Origin: Chiloscyllium plagiosum
Taxonomy: Eukaryota
Length of the DNA stretch: 30,048 nt
Direction: 5' to 3'
NCBI RefSeq assembly: GCF_004010195.1
Contig: NC_057718.1
Location: forward strand, 65,287,811 to 65,317,858
This document shows positions 20,671 through 28,981 of this stretch, in pieces. The position numbers and the translations under genes are program-made. Each line of letters opens with the position of its first letter. Positions within the stretch are counted from its first letter, which is position 1. The notes beneath the pieces are model-generated. The model was given only the letters and a program-made list of their open reading frames with translations, made no database searches and was not told where the DNA came from.

Positions 20671-20810
20671 CTTAAATGAAGTGCCAGCCTATTTATACTG
20701 ACAATTTCCAGTATGTTAATGATCACAGGACACTATGTGAGGCATGACATGAAGCCCTTCTAGTGCTGGCCAGCATTTCCCCATCAGCCAATATATATTA
20801 TTTGTTCATT
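20671..20810 (+). mobile_element. Decayed Deu-domain SINE, 3' part
   Basis: GTTAATGATCACAGGACACTAT...GTGCTGGCCAGCATTTCCCCATCAGCCAA resembles the Deu core continuation. Confidence 0.35.
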
Positions 20811-20857
20811 GATCTTGTGAAGCCATGCCTCACTCCTGAGCTGGATTGGTAATTGAT

Positions 20858-21120
20858 TTAAAAGCAGAAAGTATGTGGGAGGCTCAGCAAGGCTGGCAGC
20901 AAATGTGGACAGAAAAATGGAGATAATGTTTCACATACATTAATATTCTTCTGCAGAACAGAAAGGAGTTGGAAACTGGTGGCTTTTACACTTTTGACTG
21001 GAGGAACAAACAATGAAGATGCACAGAACAAAAGACAAAGGTTTTGCTAATGACAGAAGGAGATCTAGAAATGTAAAATTGGTGTGTAAAGGTGCGAAAA
21101 AGAGAAAATGAATTTACTCT
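20858..21120 (-). mobile_element. Old Penelope-like terminal fragment
   Basis: AAAAGCAGAAAGTATGTGGGAGGCTCAGCAAGGCTGGCAGCAAATGTGGACAGAAAA...AATGTTTCA resembles 2450-2548. Confidence 0.5.
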
Positions 21121-21689
21121 GTTGAGAACAAAGTCAACAAGACACCAGTGAGATCTGCTGATGGTAATACCCTGCTGGAGGTGGCAGAAGGATTTTGCTT
21201 CCCCTTCTGCCTGCAGTCAGCATTCTGCAGGAATCATTCCCTCTGCAGCTTTGAAGGATTGCCTTTAGGGCAATAACCCTATCAGTTCTTTTTCTTCTAT
21301 AATCAACTTCTAGCATTTTTTAAAATTATCAGAAAAGTCTGGGATTCTGTGCAAGATTCAATATTCACTCAGTCACCTGTCCCCCATCACCCACCTTCCA
21401 AACCTAATATTTAACGTCCACTATTAATCTTTTGTCTTGTCTGCCAGGTTGGGGAATCGGGGGGATTTTGGGTTAATAATCTGGATGGTTATTTAGTGGT
21501 TTTAAAAGTTTATACCATTGCCATTCCAATAATTTGTAAAGTACTTCAAGCTAGCAATAAATAGTTATTCCTGTTTTCTGTAAAACAAATGGTGTCAGGT
21601 GCCTTAATAATAAGTATAGCTGGGGGCAGTAAATTGATGGACAGGTCAATTGGGAGGAATTATTATGATAACTTCACCAAACATTCATC

Positions 21690-23005
21690 GCATGTTATGA
21701 ACCCACCATTCTCCATTTTGTGTTTCCCTGTGTGGTTAATTCAGCGTTCAAGACACTACACGTTCATCATTCTTAACAAGTTCGCATGGTCACCCTCCCA
21801 TGCAATTGCGAAAGGTGTAAAACCATTCACCTTGTTCCTCCTCACTGTTAAAGGCCCTAAACTTATCGTCCAGGTAAAGTAGCTTTTATTTCTTTCAATC
21901 TCATCTTCAGTAATTGCAGTTCACAATGTGGTCTCATTTACACTGGCGACACCAGACACAGTCTGGGTGATAGCTTTGCAGAACACCTCTCTACTCTATA
22001 CATAATAGCTCTGACCTTTCAGCTGCTTGACATTTCAATAAACCATTTTTCTCTGAGGCAAGTATTTCCAGCTTGGGCTTGCTGCAATGTTCCAGCGAAG
22101 CTCAGCAAGCAGGAGGAATGACACATCATTTTCAGTTTTGACATTTTATGGTTTCGAGGACTCAATGTTGAATTCCACAATGTGGAAACATAGAAAACAG
22201 GAGCAGCAGTAGGCCATTCAGCCCTTGGGCCTGCTCTGCCATGCAATATGATATAGCTGATCATCCAACTCAGTTTCCCGTTCCAGGTTTCGCACCATAT
22301 CCTCTGACCCCTTTAGCCCTTAGAACTGTATCTAACTCCTTTGTGAAAAGATTTAATGGTTTGGCCTCAACATTTTCTGTGTCCAAGAATTCCACAGGCC
22401 CATCACTCTCTAGGTGAAGAAATTGTCTTCATTTAATTCCTAAATGGCCTTTCCTGTATCATTAGACTGACCGCTGGTTCTGAACTCCCCAGTCATCAAG
22501 AACATGTTGTCTATGTTTAAGTCTTAAAGGAGTCTGGAGAAGGTGAAATGTATACATTGCCCTCCTAACCTGGAAGTAGAGACATTACTACAGTGCCACA
22601 ACTTCAGAGCATTACTTCTGTCCTTTATTTTGCTTGCATACACACCATTCGCCCCTCTTCAATGCAGTGTCTTGGCTTGGTCTGAACAGAGCAGATCCAG
22701 TTTCTTCTTAACACACCTTGATTTACATTCATTTTACTTATCTATCTTTCCTTTACCATCATTAACACTGCCTCTGTCATTTTCTCTGGGCATCCTCATC
22801 ATCTGTTTCATTTGCTGCTCATCCCCCTCTGTCAACTTATAACACCACTATCTTCCAGCTTCTTTCAGTTCTGAAGAAGAGTGATATTTGACTCAAAACT
22901 TTATTTTTGTTCATTTTTTCCACAGAAGCTGTCAGACTTACTGTGTTGCTACAACACTTCTTATTTTTATTTCAGATTTCCAGCATACATGTTATTTTAC
23001 TTTTC
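21690..23005 (+). mobile_element. Old Penelope-like element (decayed GIY-YIG plus 3' UTR) split by a CR1 insertion
   Basis: PCNCERCKT (~21800), SQCGLIYTGDTRHSLGDSFAEHL (~21920-21990) and GLNVEF (~22158-22175) parallel 20145-20520. The UTR resumes at ~22595 with degenerate core CTGAAGA-AGAGTG...GACTC (22871). Confidence 0.7.
22185..22520 (-). mobile_element. CR1 3' end fragment (different family)
   Basis: AAACATAGAAAACAGGAGCAGCAGTAGGCCATTCAGCCC tail and UTR, plus GAATTCCACAGG...CTCTAGGTGAAGAAATT (F.QRV..LWN on the minus strand). Confidence 0.75.
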
Positions 23006-23534
23006 GTAGCATTTCATTTCTCCTGCTGCCCGATCTCTGACATATGTAGAGAACATGTCATTGTGTGAGTTGAAAAGGAAGCCACTTGGCAGCATGTATG
23101 TGCACGATACTCTCCAGAACGAGGCTATTGAAATTTCTGCTGAAGCTTACGTATCGTGTAAAACCATATAGGCAAAGAAGACATAAAGGCTGGAAATTAC
23201 AGTGAGCAGTTGCTGCTGAATACTCAAAATCCATTACTCCACATTGATAACAAAGGTCCTAACTTGTTCATTTCAAAAACGGCGACAACATCTCCTCAAA
23301 AATGGAGAAAGGCTTTTGATAAAGTATGTTCAGCGTTTGCTCAACAGATCCAGTTCTAGCAAAAACTTATTGGATTGATTATTGGATCAAATGGTTGGTA
23401 TGCATGCATTCTAGTCCCTCAAATCTCAACATAGGATACTAAACTACTATCACATCATTTGAAAACAATAGTAACGTTGACTTTGAGAACAAACTTGTTT
23501 CATATACTATAAACCAAACAACTCAGAAAGTTTG

Positions 23535-24790
23535 AACTGAAACAAAAAACGCTGGAGATCACAGCGGGGGAGGCAGTATTCATGGATAGAAAACAAGCTA
23601 ATGTTTCAAGTCTACATGACTCTTCATCAGAGCTGAAGTGAAATGTGGAGGGGGCAGCATTCATTAATAGTGGCAGGGGGTGTTGAACTGCTGGGGGAGA
23701 CAGGATGTTGATGGTTCAGATTTAGTTGGGAGAGGCTGAATAGACTGGGACTATTTTCGCTGGAGGGTCGGAGTATGGAATGGAATGCCATAGAAAGTGT
23801 TGAAGGCTGGTACAATTTGAATAGGAAGGGTTTAGAGGGATATGGGCCAAATGCTAGCAAATGGGACTAGATTAATTTAGGAAATCTGTTTAGCATGATC
23901 AAGTTGGACCAAAGGGTCTGTTTCCATGCTGTACAGCTCTATGACTCTAAGCAATTGGAATGTGAGAATAGCAGAACAATGGTATGTCTAACTGCCCTAT
24001 TCATATACCATCCAGATGTCTTTTAAATGTTGTAACTGTACCAGCCTCCACCATGTCTACTGACAGCTCATTCCATACACCCACCACCCTCTGTGTGAAA
24101 AAGTTGTCCCTGAGGTCCCTTTTAAATCTTTCCCCTTTTACCTTAAATCTGTGCCCTCTAGCTTTGGACTTGCCCATCACTGGGGAAAAGGCCTTGGCTA
24201 TTCCCTCTATTCATGCCCCTCGTGATTTTATAAACCTCTATAAGGTATTCATATACCATCCAGATGTCTTTTAAATGTTGTAACTGTACCAGCCTCCACC
24301 ATGTCTACTGACAGCTCATTCCATACACCCCACCACCCTCTGTGTGAAAAAGTTGTCCCTGAGGTCCCTTTTAAATCTTTCCCATTTTACCTTAAATCTG
24401 TGCCCTCTAGCTTTGGACTTGCCCACCACTGGGGAAAAGGCCTTGGCTATTCCCTCTATTCATGCCCCTCGTGATTTTATAAACCTCTATAAGGTCATTC
24501 CTCAGCCTCCAATGCTCCAGTGAAAATAGCCCCAGCCTGTTCATCCTCTCTCTACTTAATCTGAACTATCAACTTCCTTTCTCCACCAGCACATTTAAAC
24601 CCCACCCCACCCCCACACCCATTGCATAAATGCTGCTCCCTCCACACTTCACTTCACTTCAGTTCTGATGAAGAGACATCTTGACTTGCCTTCTCTCCTC
24701 TCCATGGATGCTGCCTGAATTGCTGTGATCCCCAGCACTTTTTGTTTTCAGTTCAGATTCTGGCATCTGCTGTAATTTGCTCTGAATTTG
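23535..24790. mobile_element. Inverted-repeat PLE/CR1 composite
   Basis: PLE arms 23535-23725 (-) and 24554-24783 (+) enclose CR1 pieces 23726-23950 (+) and 23998-24553 (-). 9-bp direct repeat GAAAGTTTG at 23526-23534 and 24791-24799. Confidence 0.75.
23998..24494. repeat. Near-perfect tandem duplication, unit 248-249 bp, within a CR1 fragment
   Basis: Copies 23998-24245 and 24246-24494 differ by 2 substitutions and 1 C insertion. Confidence 0.95.
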
Positions 24791-24949
24791 GAAAGTTTGC
24801 ATGATTAATTACAAGTGTGGGCTGTGATAGCTGACCTCAACCAGCACAATAGATGTGACAAAATTGAATTCCATTCTCCGAGTAAAGGGAAGTAAATTGC
24901 CAAGGACTCCCACTGCTGGTTACTTTGTAGCAATTTCTGCTGAAGTATC

Positions 24950-25089
24950 ATGGAGTCATTGAGTCATACAGCATTGAACAGACCCTTCAATCCAACAAGA
25001 CCATGCCAAACCTAGTCCCAAAATAATCCAGTTGCACCTGCCTGCTCCCGGCTCATATCTCTCCAAACTCTTACTATCATGTATCTCCA
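24950..25089 (-). mobile_element. CR1/HER1 3' UTR fragment
   Basis: GAGTCATTGAGTCATACAGCATTGAACAGACCCTTCAATCCAAC tail and UTR. Confidence 0.8.
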
Positions 25090-25369
25090 CATATAAACAA
25101 TGAAGAAGACACTAGGCACAGCTTGGATTCCTCCAGGATCAATTGGTTAGTCCACTCTGTGTGTCTAGGATCATACGTAAAGAACATCACTTGGCTGGTG
25201 ATGATAATGGTCCAGGCAGTGACCACTTTCCCTTGTTCTGCCCCCAGTCAAAGTAGAGTCACCTTCCATTTTCAGCTTTGATGATGGGACTTCAGATGTC
25301 TTGGCAAAACTTCGAATGTCTCAGAAAATGGAGTTTTTGTCCTAAATCTTCTTATTATTTATTGTTATC

Positions 25370-26420
25370 ACTATTTATTATTTGGGATATCATTTCTGAA
25401 GATCCAACTCTAGTGTTTAGGCTATGCTCTTGGTCATAGATGCACCATTTAAGCAAAAGCAGTTTCTTTCTACTGGCCTATCTGTTCCCCTTAATACTTT
25501 GGAAAAGTAATCCAAATCAGCATATACCTGTAAATCACAAGAAATACTACCCTTATTGGAATTTAACTCTTGTAGTCAAAGTATAATTTTGTTAAATTTA
25601 GTTACAGTCCTTTGAAGGCTAGTATATCCGAATAGTGTGGTGCCCAGAATTGCTCATAGTATTCCAAGAATAGTCAACCAGAACTTTGTTCAGCTAAAGC
25701 ATAATTCCTTTGAAATAAAGATCAGCATTCCAAGAGCCTTATTGATTATTTCCTGCATAATTCTTTAATAAGCGAGGCAACTGGACTCCCAAGTGTCTGT
25801 GGATCTCCATTATATCCATCACTTCATTATTTAGGAATTATCCTTTTGTAACCTTTTAGATTTAAAGTAAATAATCTCATACCTTCCTTCCTTGGAATCA
25901 ATTGGCACACATGGAGCCTGCCTGTTGCTGCATAGCCATGCAGCTTTGGGGGAACATTGGTATTCAGTACTTGAGTCCCAAGTTCACAAGATTTAGTCAC
26001 ATTTGTCAGGTATGATCTATCTTTACTAATCTATGCTGGCTGTCTCTGGTCAGCTGAAGAATTTCAATGTGCCAAGTTACTCTATCCTTAAGGATAATCT
26101 ATCGCAAATTCCCAACAACCAGTGTTGCTGATGCATTATCCACTTTCTTAGACAACACAGTGGCATCTCAAGTTTACAATCTAAATGAAACTTTGGAAAA
26201 TGAACTTGTAGGCAACTGCAATGTTTTTGTGTTCTTCCTTTAAAATTTTATGATGGAACCATTTGGTGCTGGAGACTTGGCCCTCTTTGGTGATATTATT
26301 TTCTTTGTGACTGTTATTTTGCTTATGTTAATTTTGTAAGTTCCTGCTTCAGTAATAGTTTCTTTGGGAGTCTGACATGCTGATTTCTTCCTCTGTTGTA
26401 AATATTGGCACAAAGGATGA
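25370..26420 (-). mobile_element. Ancient, highly decayed CR1 ORF2 fragment
   Basis: Collinear remnants GGTGCCCAGAATTGCTCATAGTATTCCAAG (LEY..QFWAP), AAAGATCAGCATTCC, GGACTCCCAAG, ATCTATGCTGGCT (SQHG-like), CCATTTGGTGCTGGAGACTT (KSP.P.G), TTCCTCTGTTGTAAATA. Confidence 0.55.
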
Positions 26421-27057
26421 GATTTGCATGAGTCAGTTCAAGTCAACATTGTGGTGGCAAATAATGTCACCAATATCTGCACCCATTTTCAACCCTGCAG
26501 ATTTCCATGAGTAGGGTACAGTAAGAGATAAGGCAGTAAAATAGAGTTGCATTGTATATTGGGTACATTAAAATGATTAAACAACTCCTAAGCAGCTCAC
26601 TCTTTGAGGTAATGAAATATTTGCAGTGGCAGACGGCAGTGCGGACTGTGTAAAGTCAAATTGCTCCATCCTGTGGGATCAGGTCTATAGTAAGAAAAAA
26701 TGTCTTTGTTTGCCTGGGAAAAGTACAAACTTTGAAGAAAATCAATTACACAACTGTGAAATTTTACTGATACTAACATTGCCCTTACCTTATCCCAGGT
26801 CCCAGCTTTCTATTTGTCCTGACCAGAAGATGCAAATACTTTAATGTTTGAACAAGGAAACTCACACTCAGGTAGCAGCTACAACAATGAGGGCAAGGGA
26901 TTGGGCCCGGAGGGCACAGTGTGGCAAGTGGGAAGCAGCAAGAGGGTAATGAAGAACAATGTATACACAATAATGGTATCAGTTGCGGAGGCATCTATCC
27001 ATACTCCAACAGGCAGAATTAGGACTAAACTCGTTCCTGGTCCAAATTCCTGGTCCA

Positions 27058-27181
27058 TTCTAATGAAGGGCTTATGCCGAAACGTCGATTCTCTTGCTCT
27101 TGGGAAGTTACCTGATCTGCTGTGCTTTTCCAGCACCACACACTCGATTCTGATCTCCAGCATCTGCAGTCCTCACTTTCC
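27058..27181 (+). mobile_element. Penelope-like terminal fragment with mutated hammerhead core
   Basis: TT-CTAATGA-AGGGCTTATGCC-GAAACGTC-GATT...CAGCATCTGCAGTCCTCACTTTC. Flanked by CCTGGTCCA (27036-27044, 27049-27057, 27182-27190). Confidence 0.85.
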
Positions 27182-27768
27182 CCTGGTCCAATTTACTATC
27201 AGGATTTAGTGAATCCACACTGCCTTGACCTTGACTCTTTTTCTCTTGCGTGGCAGGACGGGTGGGGGGTCATATTTCAAATTTTCTGTCACTCAGAAGC
27301 CAGCGAGAAAATTTCAGAAAGATAAGGCTGGCCACAACAGTAATTTCAAAAGAAGGCGTACATGTTCCCAGTGCAATCATTCAGCGTTGTGACCTAGAGT
27401 CGTTGGTACAAATGACTCCCCGACATCAATTGAATCCTGCTTCTTTCCCAGCTCCGATTCACGGCCTCGTAATAGTTTCTTCCTCTCAACCTCTGAAATA
27501 TCTCTCACAGTGTAACGCTGGCGAGTGGTGACTGATTATCCTGAGAATCATTCACAAGTGAACTCAGATGGTGCAGCAAATTCTGTCAGTGGGTCGTGGG
27601 GTTTGTGTGGTGAAACCTGGCAAAGAATTCATGTTTTAAAATTTATTTTGTCAGTAAAGTAGTTAAACAGTTGTCGGAATTTTGGTTTCCTGAATCTCCT
27701 GATAAGTTTCAAACACCTCTGTAATCAGTTTGAGCATAACACCCCGAAACCGTGTATGCAAGTATTGT

Positions 27769-27782
27769 GCTCCACCTAGTGG
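27769..27782 (-). promoter_or_regulatory. CTCF-like motif
   Basis: Minus strand CCACTAGGTGGAGC matches 13/14 of the CCASYAGRKGGCRS core, in CpG-retaining unique sequence. Confidence 0.5.
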
Positions 27783-27976
27783 CGGCATTGACTTCAAACG
27801 TAGCCTTTGAAGAAAGACCAAAGCAATAAATTGAGATTTTAGATAAATAAGTACTTAGTACAATGACCATTAAAATATGCCAAGCAGCAGAACCAACTAA
27901 TAAAACCTCATTTTGCTTTCTCAGATGAGATGTAAAGCAAGGAAGTGATAGGAGATGATATGGAGATGTCGGTATT

Positions 27977-28099
27977 GGATTGGGGTAAACAGAAGTCACA
28001 CCGACGGGTTATAGTCCAAGAGGTTTTGTTTAAAATCACAAGCTTTCCAAGCGCTGTATTTTCATTACCTGATGATAGAATCTGATGTCATGTGACTTC
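27977..28099. mobile_element. Decayed palindromic PLE-derived element (further family)
   Basis: GAAGTCACA (27992) and its inverse TGTGACTTC (28091) bracket GGTTATAGTCCAA...ATCACAAGCTTTC...ACCTGATGA. Recognised by recall of a shark PLE terminal repeat. Confidence 0.55.
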
Positions 28100-28379
28100 A
28101 GATGAGGTCATGATCCTAAGTTTTGTTCATAGGCGAAAGGGAGGGAACCAGGGTCCAATTAGGGAGTTGGGTTTAAGTAACAATTATCTTACTTTCTTCT
28201 CTGGCAGCAAACACTCCAAGATATTCTTACTGGAATTCACATGAAAGTGAGCGTTGGAGGTGGGTTGCCTTTCAGCCTGTTCTTCTTCTCTCCCGGCCTG
28301 CTTTCTGTACGGGTTTTTGGAGGGAGGAGGAGGAATGAGAAAGTAAGTCTGATTCTCTCTATCTTAGAAACTGTTCAAA

Positions 28380-28900
28380 CCCTCACTCTTTCCCTCCTAC
28401 AAACACACAGGTACGCACTTCTCACATTCTCTAATTCCGCCTTTCTCTCACTCCCTCATTAACTGACTTTTTCTCACTGCCACACTATCTTTTTTCACAT
28501 ACCCTTCCCATATCTGCCACACTCTCTGTCTTGCACTCTCTCATTCCCTCACTCACTGTCTCACTCACACTCCCTCACTCTGTCTTTTATCACACCCTCC
28601 TTTCTGTCTTTATCTCCCTATTAACCTTCTCTCAAGATCTCTGTCATTCTCTTTCTCATTTCCTCACTCACTGTCCTTCTCTCACTCCCACATTCACTAT
28701 ATTTTTTTCACACACCCTTCCTATATCTCACTCCCTCACTATCTTTCTCTTACCCCCACTGTCTTTTATCACACTTCCCTATTTCTCTCTATCTTAGTAT
28801 TAGCCTTCTCTGATTCATTCTCTCTCCTTCCCTAACTCTGTCTTTCTCTCTCTCTCTCTCACTGTCTTTTTTCACATGCCTTCCCTATCTCTCACTCGCT
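28380..28900 (+). repeat. Pyrimidine-rich low-complexity region (CT/CAC-rich, degenerate ~190-200 bp periodicity)
   Basis: Recurrent CACTCCCTCACT, TTTTTTCACA..CCCTTCC, CTGTCTTTTATCACAC and TTA.CCTTCTCT units, plus a (CT)n tract. Confidence 0.75.
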
Positions 28901-28981
28901 CTGAATTGTCTATAGTGCTCAGGAATGTGTAGGTTAGGGGTAAATGTGGGGGGGGTGGGTTACTCTTCAGAGGGTTGGTGT
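28900..28981 (+). mobile_element. HE1 SINE internal fragment, cut by the following CR1
   Basis: AATTGTCTATAGTG...GGGTGGGTTACTCTTCAGAGGGTTGGTGT matches 390-473. Confidence 0.7.

Noticed and set aside
21589..21882. 97-aa ORF as a host exon
   Set aside because: Overlaps a decayed Penelope linker/GIY-YIG region read in another frame.
1059..27090. Recurrent ~30-bp palindromic motif as a CRISPR array or prokaryotic terminator
   Set aside because: Copies are dispersed on both strands inside retroelement ends, with no regular spacers or cas genes, and the DNA is vertebrate.
27015..27225. Minus-strand FGPGTSLVL resembling an Ig/TCR J segment, with a CAGTGTG heptamer-like site upstream
   Set aside because: No GGTTTTTGT-like nonamer at 12 or 23 bp, stops in frame upstream once the PLE is removed, no splice donor after the motif, and the F codon lies at the duplicated target sequence.
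26914..27545. CACAGTG heptamers (~26915, ~27506) as V(D)J recombination signals
   Set aside because: No ACAAAAACC-like nonamer at either spacer length.
28083..28099. CRE/AP-1-like TGATGTCA promoter motif
   Set aside because: Lies within the decayed right arm of the palindromic PLE remnant.
28531..28797. 88-aa hydrophobic ORF
   Set aside because: Artefact of CT-rich low-complexity sequence.
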